Positions 47,880-58,664 of a DNA stretch of 64,000 nucleotides are shown one piece after another. The notes below the pieces were generated by a model. It made no database searches. It saw only the letters and a list, made by a program, of their open reading frames with translations, and was not told where the DNA came from. A program made the translations under genes and the position numbers. The stretch is from an uncultured Staphylococcaceae bacterium (GTDB lineage Bacteria; Bacillota_I; Bacilli_A; RFN20; CAG-826): NCBI GenBank assembly GCA_964433025.1, contig CAYSPV010000003.1, positions 1,194 through 65,193 on the forward strand. The letters are read 5' to 3'. Every line of letters begins with the position of its first letter. Positions within the stretch are counted from its first letter, which is position 1.

Positions 47880-49175
47880 TTAAAACTTGAAACGTTTGTT
47901 TTTAAGATATTTAGGTATAAGGTTTTTTAATTTGTTTTGTTCTAATTTGGTAAACGCTAATGCAACATTTTTATAAGTTAGTAAGATGTAGTCTTTATTT
48001 TTTATGTTATTGTTATCTATTTTTATAGATAATCCTTGCATATAATCTTTAGCCTCATCACTAGTTAATTCTATGATTTGAAATGGGCAGTTTTTAAAGT
48101 TATTAACATTAAAAGAATGACTATAATGATAAAAATATGTAGTAGATTTATCTTTTTGATAGATCTTTTTATATTTAACACCATACCGCAAGATGTTTAG
48201 GTTATCTATTTTGATTTTATGATTAAGATAATAATAAATATCATCTTTGATGATTTCATTTTCATCAGTGGTTAAATATTTATTTTCATCTCCATCTTTT
48301 TTAAGTAAACAAATATAATGACCTTCACCTGAAAATAAGTAGGGGAAAATATGAAAACCTAGGTTAGTATTTTTATCGATATAAAAGTCTTTTGCTATGT
48401 CTAAATTTATTGGTTTTATATCATCATATTTATTTAATAAATCTAAGATTACTTCTTCATTTTCTTCATATGAATACGAACAAGTTGAATATATTAATCT
48501 CCCATTAGGAGATAACATTTTATAAGCGATATCTATTAATTCTTTTTGAATGTTAGAGTATTTAATAACTTTATTAAATGACCAATCATCAATCATTTTT
48601 TGATCTTTTCTAAACATTCCGCTTCCTGAACATGGAGCGTCCAATATTATCACATCAAAATAATTTAAATATTTATGATAAATGTTTTTAAAATCATTAT
48701 TAATGACTATAACATTTTCTAGACCCATTCTTTCAATATTTTCTATTAAAGCTTGCAGGCGATTAAAGTTTATATCATTTCCAATAATCGTAGAATTTTT
48801 ATTATTTAAGGCAAATTGTATTAATTTACCTCCAGGAGCGGAGCACATATCTAAAACCTTTAATGGTTTATCTGATTTATTTAGTAAAGATGAGACAATC
48901 ATCGCAGATGGTTCTTGTAAATAATAAACACCTAATTCTAAAAAGATATGATGTCCATAATCTGTATTATCATCTTCATCAATAATAAATCCATTTTCTA
49001 AATATGGATGTATTTTTAATTTTGGAAAATAAGATAAAAATGTATTTTTATCCATCTTATCTATATTTAAAAGTAAAGCTTTTCTAGACTTATGTTTTAA
49101 TGATTCATCTAATTTATTAATTTCATCAATAGATAAATAATTAGTTAGACTTTTTAAAAATTCCATATTATACAA
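47880..49175 (-). CDS. NOL1/NOP2/Sun-family RNA (cytosine-C5) methyltransferase (RsmF/RsmB-like).
   Basis: SAM motif LDMCSAPGGK; catalytic DAPCSGSG. Confidence 0.8.
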   Translation of the reverse strand: MYNMEFLKSLTNYLSIDEINKLDESLKHKSRKALLLNIDKMDKNTFLSYFPKLKIHPYLENGFIIDEDDNTDYGHHIFLELGVYYLQEPSAMIVSSLLNKSDKPLKVLDMCSAPGGKLIQFALNNKNSTIIGNDINFNRLQALIENIERMGLENVIVINNDFKNIYHKYLNYFDVIILDAPCSGSGMFRKDQKMIDDWSFNKVIKYSNIQKELIDIAYKMLSPNGRLIYSTCSYSYEENEEVILDLLNKYDDIKPINLDIAKDFYIDKNTNLGFHIFPYLFSGEGHYICLLKKDGDENKYLTTDENEIIKDDIYYYLNHKIKIDNLNILRYGVKYKKIYQKDKSTTYFYHYSHSFNVNNFKNCPFQIIELTSDEAKDYMQGLSIKIDNNNIKNKDYILLTYKNVALAFTKLEQNKLKNLIPKYLKNKRFKF

Positions 49176-49230
49176 TTTTACTATTTTTTTTATTTAAAAA
49201 AATATAAAATAATACCTGAGGTATTTTTTT

Positions 49231-50532
49231 ATGAGAATGGTAGATATTATTATTAAAAAAAGAGATGGTTTAAGACTTTCTAAAGAAGAAATTGAATTTG
49301 TAATTAATGGTTATACAAAAGGCCAAATACCTGATTATCAAATGTCAGCATTAGCGATGGCTATTGTTTTTAAAGGCATGGAAAAAGATGAAATAGTTAA
49401 TCTAACATCAACGATGTTACACAGCGGTGATATTATCGATTTATCTAAAATTGATGGTGTTAAAGTTGATAAACACTCCACAGGTGGAGTGGGTGATAAA
49501 ACTTCATTAGTATTAGGACCTTTAGTAGCCTCTTGTGGTGTTAAACTTGCTAAAATGTCAGGAAGAGGTTTAGGACATACTGGTGGAACATTAGATAAAT
49601 TAGAATCTATTCCAAATTTTCAAATAGCTTTAGATGAAAAAGATTTTATTAAACAAGTTAATGATATAGGGATCGCAATTGTTGGACAAACCGCAAATTT
49701 AGTGCCTGCAGATAAAAAGATGTATGCTTTAAGAGATGTAACAGGAACAGTAGAATCTATTCCTTTAATAGCGTCCTCTATTATGTCTAAAAAGTTAGCA
49801 TCAGGTAGTGACACTATTTTGTTAGATGTTAAATTTGGTAGCGGCGCTTTTATGAAAAATGTTGAATCTGCAAAAACTCTTGCTAAAACTATGGTGGAAA
49901 TCGGTAATTCTTTAAATAAAGATACAAGAGCGATCATTACAGATATGACTCAACCTTTAGGTTTAGCAATTGGTAATGCTTTAGAAGTTAAAGAGGCTAT
50001 TGATACTTTACATGGTAAAGGTCCTAAAGATTTCGTGGAATTATGTTTAAGTGCAGGTTCTATTATGTTAGAACAAGCAAAAGTTTGTAAAGATGAAAAA
50101 CAAGCAAGAAAACTATTATTAGAAAAACTAAATAATGGTGAAGCATTTAATAAATTTGTAGAATTTGTTAAAGCTCAACATGGTGATATTAGTTATGTAT
50201 TAGATCCATCTAAATTTGAGCTAGCTAAAAATATTATCCAAATTAAAGCCCAAAAAAGTGGTTATGTTGATGAAATTAATTGTTTAGAAATCGGTGAAAG
50301 TGCGATGAGACTAGGCGCTGGAAGAAAAACAATTAATGATAAAATTGATATGGCTGCAGGTATAATTTTAAATAAAAAAGTCGGAGATTATGTTAGTGTT
50401 AATGAGACTTTATGCTATGCTCATACAAATATTGATGATTATGAAAAAATCCTACAAGACATTCATGATTCATTTAAGATTTTAGATAATAAAGTTAATG
50501 TTAATCCTATTGTCCATGACTATATTAAATAA
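49231..50532 (+). CDS. pdp: Pyrimidine-nucleoside phosphorylase.
   Basis: KHSTGGVGD and the full-length family match. Confidence 0.9.
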   Translation: MRMVDIIIKKRDGLRLSKEEIEFVINGYTKGQIPDYQMSALAMAIVFKGMEKDEIVNLTSTMLHSGDIIDLSKIDGVKVDKHSTGGVGDKTSLVLGPLVASCGVKLAKMSGRGLGHTGGTLDKLESIPNFQIALDEKDFIKQVNDIGIAIVGQTANLVPADKKMYALRDVTGTVESIPLIASSIMSKKLASGSDTILLDVKFGSGAFMKNVESAKTLAKTMVEIGNSLNKDTRAIITDMTQPLGLAIGNALEVKEAIDTLHGKGPKDFVELCLSAGSIMLEQAKVCKDEKQARKLLLEKLNNGEAFNKFVEFVKAQHGDISYVLDPSKFELAKNIIQIKAQKSGYVDEINCLEIGESAMRLGAGRKTINDKIDMAAGIILNKKVGDYVSVNETLCYAHTNIDDYEKILQDIHDSFKILDNKVNVNPIVHDYIK

Positions 50533-50534
50533 TT

Positions 50535-50993
50535 ATGAAAGTAGTGCTTCAAACTGTAAAAAATGCTTCAGTAAAAATAAATGGTAACCTTGTTAGCTCT
50601 ATTAATAAAGGTTATCTTTTACTCGTTGGTTTTTGTGATGGTGATAGCAAAGAAATATGTGACCTTATGGCGGATAAAATCCTAAAACTAAGGGTGTTTC
50701 CAGACGAATCAGGTCAAATTAATTTATCTTTAGATGATGTTAAAGGTGATATTTTATCGGTTAGTCAATTTACTTTATATGCAGATACAAGAAAAGGTCG
50801 AAGACCTTCATTTATTAATGCTTTAAGACCTGCTGAAGCTCAAAATTTATATGATTATTTTAATCAAAGATTAGAGATTTTATCTAATAAACATATATCT
50901 ACAGGAGTATTTGGAGCTTATATGGATGTAGAGTCTATTAATGATGGACCTTTTACATTAATATTAGATTCATTTGATTTATGGCAAAATTAA
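50535..50993 (+). CDS. dtd: D-aminoacyl-tRNA deacylase.
   Basis: SQFTLYAD and GRRPSF motifs. Confidence 0.9.
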   Translation: MKVVLQTVKNASVKINGNLVSSINKGYLLLVGFCDGDSKEICDLMADKILKLRVFPDESGQINLSLDDVKGDILSVSQFTLYADTRKGRRPSFINALRPAEAQNLYDYFNQRLEILSNKHISTGVFGAYMDVESINDGPFTLILDSFDLWQN

Positions 50994-52123
50994 AAGTATT
51001 AGTCGGTCTTTCTGGTGGTGTTGATAGCGCAGTAGCAGCCTATCTTTTAATAAAAGAAGGCTATGATGTAAGCGCCTGTTTTATGCGTAATTGGGATGCA
51101 TTAGCTAATAATGATTATTTAGGTAATCCAAATATTAATAATGAACAATGTCCTCAAGAAAAAGATTATGAAGACGCAAAAAGGGTGGCAGAAATTTTAA
51201 ATATTAAACTCTTACGAGTGGATTTTATAAAAGAATATTGGGATTATGTATTTTCATCTTTTTTAGATGAATATAAAAAAGGTAGAACTCCTAATCCTGA
51301 TATATTTTGTAATAAATATATCAAATTTGATGCTTTTTTAAAGTTTGCTAAAGATAATGGTTTTGATCTAATCGCGATGGGGCATTACGCTAAAAGAGTT
51401 AAAAAAGATGATATTTATTATTTAGTTAAACCATTTGATAAAAATAAAGATCAGACTTATTTTTTAAGTCAAATAAGTCAAGCACAATTATCAAATTGCC
51501 TATTCCCTCTAGCGGACATCGACAAACATCAAGTAAGAGAAATCGCTCATAAATTAAATTTATATTCTGTCATGGATAAAAAAGATTCAACAGGTATTTG
51601 TTTTATTGGTGAAAGACATTTTAAACAATTTTTAAACAATTATTTACCCGCTAAAAAAGGAGATATCGTAGATATTGAAACAAATGAAGTAATTGGTCAT
51701 CATGATGGTGTTTTATATTATACGATTGGTCAACATAAAGGTCTTGGTATAGGGGGTATAAAAGACCATGATAATGTTGGCTGGTTTGTGATTAAAAAAG
51801 ATGTAGTGAAGAATATTTTATATGTCGCCAGTGGTGAAAATAACCCCTTACTTTATTCCAATTATTGTTATATTCGTAATCTAAACTTTATTTCTAGAGA
51901 AATAAAAGATGGTGAAGAGTTAACCGCTAAATTTAGATATAGACAAAAAGATTTACCAGTAAAAGTAAGCTATATTAATAAAGAAACACTATGTATTAAA
52001 TTTAAACAACCTTATAAGGCTATTACCCCAGGTCAAGGATGTGTTTTATATGATAATGATATTTGTTTGGGTGGGGGTATTATTGATGAAGTTTACTTTA
52101 ATGAAATACGTAGAGATAAATAA
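50981..52123 (+). CDS. mnmA: tRNA-specific 2-thiouridylase MnmA.
   Basis: PP-loop GLSGGVDSAV. Confidence 0.9.
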   Translation: MAKLKVLVGLSGGVDSAVAAYLLIKEGYDVSACFMRNWDALANNDYLGNPNINNEQCPQEKDYEDAKRVAEILNIKLLRVDFIKEYWDYVFSSFLDEYKKGRTPNPDIFCNKYIKFDAFLKFAKDNGFDLIAMGHYAKRVKKDDIYYLVKPFDKNKDQTYFLSQISQAQLSNCLFPLADIDKHQVREIAHKLNLYSVMDKKDSTGICFIGERHFKQFLNNYLPAKKGDIVDIETNEVIGHHDGVLYYTIGQHKGLGIGGIKDHDNVGWFVIKKDVVKNILYVASGENNPLLYSNYCYIRNLNFISREIKDGEELTAKFRYRQKDLPVKVSYINKETLCIKFKQPYKAITPGQGCVLYDNDICLGGGIIDEVYFNEIRRDK

Positions 52124-52149
52124 ATAAATAAAAACTATTTATGTAATAA

Positions 52150-52385
52150 ATATTTTTTGATATGATTATTAAGTCAAAAAGGAAAAGAAGAGATTAACTT
52201 TCTAATATAGGAAACGCGATTTACTGGAAAAGCGAATTAGAAATAATCTATAGCCACTTCCTTGACTTTCACTAATTATGAACGTTAACTGCGTTAAAGT
52301 TATAAAATTAAGTGCATCATAACATGTTATGATGAAAAAGGATGGTACCGCGATAATTTCGTTCCTTATTAACTTTTTTATCTTG
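52150..52385 (+). promoter_or_regulatory. T-box riboswitch leader of alaS. Candidate specifier GCC at 52253-52255; T-box core AGGATGGTACCGCG at 52339-52352; a terminator with a T-run at about 52372-52380.
   Basis: Near-consensus T-box sequence GGUGGUACCGCG. A Stem I-like AAGGAA...TTCCTT with GCC-A in the specifier position. Located upstream of an aminoacyl-tRNA synthetase gene. Confidence 0.7.
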
Positions 52386-52400
52386 TGGAGGTCAAAATAA

Positions 52401-55022
52401 ATGAAAAAATTAACATCTAATCAAATACGTAATATATGGCTAGATTTTTTTAAGGAAAGAGGTCATAAAATAGAAAAAGGAGCATCCCTAATTCCTCATA
52501 ATGATCCTTCTTTACTTTGGATTAATTCAGGTGTTGCTGCTTTAAAAAAATATTTTGATGGATCTCAAATTCCTCCTTCAAGAAGAATAGTTAATGTACA
52601 AAAATCAATTAGAACTAATGATATAGAAAATGTTGGCCACACAGCTAGACATCATACCTTTTTTGAAATGTTAGGTAATTTTTCTATAGGTGATTATTTT
52701 AGAAATGAAATTATTCCTTGGGCTTTTGAAATATTAACTAGTGATAAATATTTTGCTCTAGATAAAGATAAATTATATGTGACTTATTATATTTCTGATT
52801 TAGAAACTAAAAATTTATGGATTAAACAAGGATTAGATGAATCTCATCTAATACCTTTAGAATCTAATTTTTGGCAAATAGGAGAAGGTCCTTGTGGTCC
52901 TAATACAGAAGTATTTTATGATCGAGGTATAAAATATGATCCTGATAATATCGGTGTTAAATTATTATCTGATGAAATAGAAAATGATCGCTATATTGAA
53001 ATATGGGGTATTGTTTTTAGTCAATATAATGCAGTAAGTGGTGTTAAAAAAGAAGATTATAAAGAATTACCTTCTAAAAATATTGATACAGGTGCGGGTC
53101 TTGAAAGAATTTGTTGTATTATTCAAGATGTAGAAACAAATTTTGATACAGACTTATTTTTACCAATTATAAAAGAAGTAGAAAAAATCGCTAAATATCC
53201 TTATAAAGATGAATATAAAACTCCTTATAGAGTTATTTCAGATCATATTAGAGCCTGTACTTTTGCTTTAAGTGATGGAGAAGTATTTTCAAATGAAGGT
53301 AGAGGCTATGTTTTAAGAAGATTAATAAGAAGAGCGATGCGATATGGACAAAAAATTGGTATTGATAAACCATTTATGTATACCTTAGTAAATGTAGTTA
53401 TTGATAATATGTCTTCTTTTTATCCTGAATTAAAAATAAATCAAAATAAAATTGAAAAAATGATTAAAGCCGAAGAAGAAAAATTCTTATTAACTTTAAA
53501 AAATGGTGAAGCTATTTTAAATAAATTATTAACGACATCTAAAGAAAAAATATTAAGTGGTGAAGATGCTTTTAAATTATATGACACTTATGGTTTTCCT
53601 TTAGATTTAACCAAAGAAATTTGTTTAGAAAAAGGCTTTAGTGTGGACCAAGATACATTTATAAAATGTATGGAAAAACAAAAACAATTAGCTAGAAGCG
53701 CTAGAAGTAGTGATGAAAGTATGAATAAACAAAGCAAAGACTTACTTGCTTTTAAAGATTCTAGTGAATTTTTATATGGTAGTTTAGATAATATCAATGC
53801 CAAAGTTATTGGTGTATTTAAAGATGGTGTTAAAGTTGATGAGATAAGTGATGAAGGCGATATTATCTTTGATAAGACTATTTTTTATGCTGAAAGTGGA
53901 GGTCAAGTGGCAGATATAGGCGCTATTGAAAATAAAAACAGCCATGGATATGTTAAAGATGTTAAAAAAGCTCCTAATCAACAAAATTTACACCATGTCG
54001 TGTTAAATTATGGATCTATAAAAGTTGGTGATACTCTAACTTTAGAAATAGATAAAAATAGGAGATTACAAATACAAAAAAATCACTCCGCTACACATTT
54101 ACTACAAGCAGCCTTAGATGAAATATTATCTGATGATATAGCCCAAGCTGGTAGTTATGTTTGTGATGAATATGTCCATTTTGACTTTAACTATAATGAA
54201 AAGATTACTTCTGATCAATTAGGTCTAATCGAACAAAAAGTAAATAAGTGGATATCTGATGCAATTAAATGTCAAACAAAGATTTTAAATATTGAAGAGG
54301 CTAAAAAAGAAGGGGCAAAAGCTTTATTTGATGAAAAATATGGTGATATCGTAAGAGTGGTTTGTTTTGATGACATAAGTAAAGAATTTTGTGGTGGTAC
54401 ACATGTAAAAAATACTTCTGATATTGGAATTTTCTATATCTTATTTGAACAATCTGTGGCAGCAGGTATTAGAAGAATTCAATTTACTACCTCCTATAGT
54501 GCTTATCAACAAATCAAAGCTAAAGAAAATATTTTAAATAGTTTAACTAATAAGTTAAACGCTAAATCGGTTAAAGAAAGTAATGATAGATTAAATGCTT
54601 TAATTTTAGAAAAAGATAATTTAAAAACCTTAAATAATTCTTTAAATCAAAAATTAGCAAATAATATATCTTCAACTTTAAAAGATGAATTTTCTTTAAT
54701 AAATGGTCATCATGTCTTAATTAAATATTTAGATAATGTATCTAGTCAATTATTAGGACAGATCATAGATAATTTAAAAACAGTATATGAGGATTATATT
54801 TTATTTATGATTAGCAAAGATGAAAAAATAACTTTAATGTCAGCGTTAGGAAAAGAAGCTATTAGTGATGGATTAAGTGCAGGTCAATTAATTAGTAAAG
54901 TTTCTAAGTCATTTAATGGCTCAGGAGGCGGTAGAAGTGATTTTGCCCAAGGTTCAATAAAAAGTAGCGATGATATATCAAACGCGCTTAAAATGGCTAA
55001 GGAATTAATTATTAATGGATAA
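52401..55022 (+). CDS. alaS: Alanine--tRNA ligase.
   Basis: 873 aa; class II core plus editing domain (HSATHLL) plus C-terminal DHHA1. Confidence 0.95.
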   Translation: MKKLTSNQIRNIWLDFFKERGHKIEKGASLIPHNDPSLLWINSGVAALKKYFDGSQIPPSRRIVNVQKSIRTNDIENVGHTARHHTFFEMLGNFSIGDYFRNEIIPWAFEILTSDKYFALDKDKLYVTYYISDLETKNLWIKQGLDESHLIPLESNFWQIGEGPCGPNTEVFYDRGIKYDPDNIGVKLLSDEIENDRYIEIWGIVFSQYNAVSGVKKEDYKELPSKNIDTGAGLERICCIIQDVETNFDTDLFLPIIKEVEKIAKYPYKDEYKTPYRVISDHIRACTFALSDGEVFSNEGRGYVLRRLIRRAMRYGQKIGIDKPFMYTLVNVVIDNMSSFYPELKINQNKIEKMIKAEEEKFLLTLKNGEAILNKLLTTSKEKILSGEDAFKLYDTYGFPLDLTKEICLEKGFSVDQDTFIKCMEKQKQLARSARSSDESMNKQSKDLLAFKDSSEFLYGSLDNINAKVIGVFKDGVKVDEISDEGDIIFDKTIFYAESGGQVADIGAIENKNSHGYVKDVKKAPNQQNLHHVVLNYGSIKVGDTLTLEIDKNRRLQIQKNHSATHLLQAALDEILSDDIAQAGSYVCDEYVHFDFNYNEKITSDQLGLIEQKVNKWISDAIKCQTKILNIEEAKKEGAKALFDEKYGDIVRVVCFDDISKEFCGGTHVKNTSDIGIFYILFEQSVAAGIRRIQFTTSYSAYQQIKAKENILNSLTNKLNAKSVKESNDRLNALILEKDNLKTLNNSLNQKLANNISSTLKDEFSLINGHHVLIKYLDNVSSQLLGQIIDNLKTVYEDYILFMISKDEKITLMSALGKEAISDGLSAGQLISKVSKSFNGSGGGRSDFAQGSIKSSDDISNALKMAKELIING

Positions 55023-55443
55023 AGTTTTAGGACTTGATTTAGGAAGAAAGACCTTAGGTATTGCAAAAAGTGATATCTTAGGAATAGTCCATCCCTATAA
55101 ATTAATAAGGTTTGAAAAAGATGATTATGAATCATTATTAGAACCAATAAAAGAAATTCTAAAAGAATTTCAAATCAAAGAAGTAGTGTTAGGTCTTCCA
55201 TTACATTTAGATGGGAGTCAATCAAAAATGTCTGAAACATGTTTAAAATTTAAAAAGATGTTAGAAAATTATATTGATGATATTAATGTAATTATGATTG
55301 ATGAAAGACTAACAACAGTGGAATCACATGAATTATTAAAAGAAATGAATGTAGATTTAAAAAAACATAAAGATTATGTTGATATGCTAGCAGCTTGTCA
55401 AATATTAAAATCTTATTTATATAGAAAGGAAGTTAACAAATGA
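55015..55443 (+). CDS. ruvX: Putative pre-16S rRNA nuclease / Holliday-junction resolvase-like protein YqgF.
   Basis: LGLDLGRKTLGIAKSD N-terminus; overlaps the alaS stop. Confidence 0.85.
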   Translation: MDKVLGLDLGRKTLGIAKSDILGIVHPYKLIRFEKDDYESLLEPIKEILKEFQIKEVVLGLPLHLDGSQSKMSETCLKFKKMLENYIDDINVIMIDERLTTVESHELLKEMNVDLKKHKDYVDMLAACQILKSYLYRKEVNK

Positions 55444-55679
55444 TTGATGATGATATAATCCAACTCGTGGATGAAAATGGTAATATTACTGAAGTTTGTA
55501 TCTTATTTTCTTATGAAGATGAAGAAAAAAATGAAGAATATTTATTTTTATATGAAAAAGATGATCCAGATAGTATTATTGTAAGAAAATTAACATCTGA
55601 TGATGAATTAGTGGAATTAACTGACGAAGAATTTGAACAAGCTAGTGAAGTATTTAATGCTTTTAATGAAGGAGAATAA
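55440..55679 (+). CDS. DUF1292 (YrzB-like) small acidic protein.
   Basis: Conserved downstream of ruvX in Firmicutes; sequence IQLVDENGN...YLFLYE. Confidence 0.75.
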   Translation: MIDDDIIQLVDENGNITEVCILFSYEDEEKNEEYLFLYEKDDPDSIIVRKLTSDDELVELTDEEFEQASEVFNAFNEGE

Positions 55680-55682
55680 AGT

Positions 55683-57470
55683 ATGTGTGGAATTATCGGT
55701 GTTATTTCTAAAAGTGAAAATGGCTATGAAATAATTAGATATGGTCTTAAAAAATTAGAGTATCGTGGTTATGATAGTGCAGGTTTTTCTTATTTATTAA
55801 ATAAAGAAATCATCGTTAATAAATGCAAAGGCGATGTTGATACTTTATTTAGCAAATATAATAAAGAAATACCCTTTAATTTAGGTATTGGTCATGTTAG
55901 ATGGGCAACGATAGGCGCGACAAATGATATAAACGCTCATCCTCATCTTTCCTATCATAAAAAAGTATGTTTAGTTCATAACGGTATAATTGAAAATTAT
56001 AAAGAATTAAAAGATGAATTAATAAATGCTGGATATGAATTTAAAAGCGAGACTGATAGTGAGATAATCGCTAATTATTTGGAATATTATTATATGAAAG
56101 GATATTCCTTTTTAGATACTTTAAAACTTACATCTGAAAAGATTAAAGGCAATTATGCAATAGCGGTCATCCTAAATGATGAAAGTGATCGTTTATATTT
56201 TTATAAACGAAGATCTCCATTGCTAATTGGCACTAGTGATAAAGAAAACCTATTAGCTAGTGATGTTTCATCAATTAATAAATATTGTAATGATTTTATT
56301 AATTTAGAAGATGATAGATTTGGTTATATTACCAATAATGAAATTAAAGTATATAACTTTAATGGTGAAGAGAAAATCGAAGTATACACTAAAGAATATG
56401 AAGAAAGTGAAGACACTTTAGGTAGTTATGAAAATCATATGCTTAAAGAGATAGAAGAAACACCTTTAAAGCTTAAAATTCTCTTAGAAAAGTATTACAC
56501 AAAAAATAACTATAATTTTACTAAAAATCTACTAGATACATTTAAAAATACTGATTATATCACATTTATTGGATGTGGTACTTCTTATAATGCTGAAACC
56601 GTAATGTCTTATCTAACAAATGAAAAAAATATCCCTAATAGTGTTCATATAGCATCAGAATGGGCATATTATCCTATTTATCATGGTAAGAATCCATTAT
56701 TTGTTTTCTTAAGTCAATCTGGTGAAACCATGGATTTAATAAAATGTTTAGATATAGTCAAAGAAAAAGGCTATAAGACTTTGTTAATCACTAATAGTGA
56801 AAACTCTACATTAGCTCATAAAAGTGATTTTGTAATTCCACTTTATAGTGGAAAAGAAATCGCAGTCGCGTCCACCAAAGTATATGTAACAATGATTGCT
56901 GCTTATCTATTATTATTAGGTGCAGTCTATGAAAATAATGATGTAGTTAAAGAAATAGAAACCGCAATTGATGTGATTAATGATTTAATATCTAAAAAAG
57001 AACAAATAAAAGATATAGCCTTACAAATTAAAGATAAAGAACATGTATTTTTCTTAGGTAGAGGCTATGATTATGCAACATGTATGGAAGCTTCATTAAA
57101 ATTAAAAGAAATATCCTACATTCATAGCGAAGCTATTCCTGCTGGTGAATTAAAACATGGCCCAATCGCCTTAATTGAAAAAGGCACTCCTGTATTTTGT
57201 TTTTTAACTGATAAACTTGTTTATGATATTTTATTAAGCAATGTTAATGAAGTTGTTTCTAGAGGTGCAGAAGTATATCTAATTACTAATCACTATGTGA
57301 TAAGTAAAGATAAACAATATCATGAATTTATAATAAAAGATGCATCTGTTATTGCATCTTGTTTAATTAAACCTATGTTTGGCTTTTATTTAGCTTATTA
57401 TACTTCTTATGTTAGAGGTTTAAATATTGATAAGCCTAGAAACTTAGCAAAATCAGTTACAGTCGAATAA
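55683..57470 (+). CDS. glmS: Glutamine--fructose-6-phosphate aminotransferase.
   Basis: MCGIIG N-terminal nucleophile; two SIS domains. Confidence 0.9.
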   Translation: MCGIIGVISKSENGYEIIRYGLKKLEYRGYDSAGFSYLLNKEIIVNKCKGDVDTLFSKYNKEIPFNLGIGHVRWATIGATNDINAHPHLSYHKKVCLVHNGIIENYKELKDELINAGYEFKSETDSEIIANYLEYYYMKGYSFLDTLKLTSEKIKGNYAIAVILNDESDRLYFYKRRSPLLIGTSDKENLLASDVSSINKYCNDFINLEDDRFGYITNNEIKVYNFNGEEKIEVYTKEYEESEDTLGSYENHMLKEIEETPLKLKILLEKYYTKNNYNFTKNLLDTFKNTDYITFIGCGTSYNAETVMSYLTNEKNIPNSVHIASEWAYYPIYHGKNPLFVFLSQSGETMDLIKCLDIVKEKGYKTLLITNSENSTLAHKSDFVIPLYSGKEIAVASTKVYVTMIAAYLLLLGAVYENNDVVKEIETAIDVINDLISKKEQIKDIALQIKDKEHVFFLGRGYDYATCMEASLKLKEISYIHSEAIPAGELKHGPIALIEKGTPVFCFLTDKLVYDILLSNVNEVVSRGAEVYLITNHYVISKDKQYHEFIIKDASVIASCLIKPMFGFYLAYYTSYVRGLNIDKPRNLAKSVTVE

Positions 57471-57471
57471 A

Positions 57472-58068
57472 TTAAAACACTATTATTCCAAATATCGCAC
57501 TTATAACTAACATCAATATAGTATTGAATTCTTTTTTAAACACTCTTTTATAAATAAGTGTAAATCCAAAGCCAATTATAAATAAAGCTATTGTGGCTCT
57601 ATCAATTACAAATGGAGAAGAAAGAGAAGATCCTCCAAAGAAAAATGTTTTAACCATAAGCATAATAACAGTGGAACTAATTAAAGAAATTACAATTGGT
57701 TTAACTCCATCAATAGCGCCCGCTAAATACTTACTCTTAGATACTTTATTTAAAATCGTAGCAAGCAAAATAATCACAATAAAGCTAGGTAATACGACTC
57801 CAAATGTCGCACATAAGGCTCCTAAAAATCCTCCAAAGGCTCCTAATTCAGTTGCACTTCCCTGACTAGATCCAATAAATGTTGCTATATTTATAGCAAA
57901 AGGTCCAGGAGTAACTTCACTTACTGCGATAAAATCATATAAAGTATCAACAGAAATCCAGCCTCTAGAAACAACTTGTCCTTCTATTAGAGGAATCATG
58001 GCATAGCCTCCTCCAAAAGTAAAAAGGCCAATTAAAAAGAAAATACCGAATAATTCTAAAAATATCAT
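57472..58068 (-). CDS. chrA: Chromate transporter ChrA family, half-size (C-terminal partner).
   Basis: FGGGYAMIPLI motif. Confidence 0.75.
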   Translation of the reverse strand: MIFLELFGIFFLIGLFTFGGGYAMIPLIEGQVVSRGWISVDTLYDFIAVSEVTPGPFAINIATFIGSSQGSATELGAFGGFLGALCATFGVVLPSFIVIILLATILNKVSKSKYLAGAIDGVKPIVISLISSTVIMLMVKTFFFGGSSLSSPFVIDRATIALFIIGFGFTLIYKRVFKKEFNTILMLVISAIFGIIVF

Positions 58069-58649
58069 AAATTATTTGCCTTCTTTGAAGTTAGTGCAGT
58101 ATTTATAATACCAAGCATTAATCCTATCACTATTAGAATTAGTGATATCCATGAAAAATCACTTAAGAATATACTAAATAAAATCATTACCGATAATGAA
58201 ATACAAAATGCGATATAAAAATAAGTATCTTTTTTAATTTTAGAAGCTAATTTCATAACAGTGGTCAATAGTAAAACCATAACTCCACATTTAATACCTG
58301 AAAAAGCTTTCATAACTATTTCATTACTAATAAATTGATCATAGAATAGTGAGATTATATAAATGATTATAAAACTAGGAATAATTAGTCCTAGTGTTGC
58401 AAAAACTGAACCAATAATTCCTCCAACTTTATATCCTACATAAGTAGCCACATTTACTGATATTGGACCAGGAGTGGACTCAGCGATTACTATTATTTCA
58501 AAAAAGTCATTTTGACTAATCCATTTTCTTTTATCGACAACTTCCGATTGGATAAATCCAATCATGGCATATCCTCCTCCAAAAGAAAAGGCTCCTATTT
58601 TGATAAATACAAGCATTAATTTTAGCCAATTTAAGACTTTCTGTCTCAT
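58065..58649 (-). CDS. chrA: Chromate transporter ChrA family, half-size (N-terminal partner).
   Basis: FSFGGGYAMIGFI motif; overlaps its partner by 4 nt. Confidence 0.75.
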   Translation of the reverse strand: MRQKVLNWLKLMLVFIKIGAFSFGGGYAMIGFIQSEVVDKRKWISQNDFFEIIVIAESTPGPISVNVATYVGYKVGGIIGSVFATLGLIIPSFIIIYIISLFYDQFISNEIVMKAFSGIKCGVMVLLLTTVMKLASKIKKDTYFYIAFCISLSVMILFSIFLSDFSWISLILIVIGLMLGIINTALTSKKANNL

Positions 58650-58664
58650 GTTTAGTAATTATAT

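Noticed and set aside
55600-55700. Expected glmS ribozyme/riboswitch upstream of glmS.
   Set aside because: glmS starts 4 nt after the DUF1292 gene's stop. There is no room for the ~200-nt ribozyme and no conserved core sequence, so the element is absent here.
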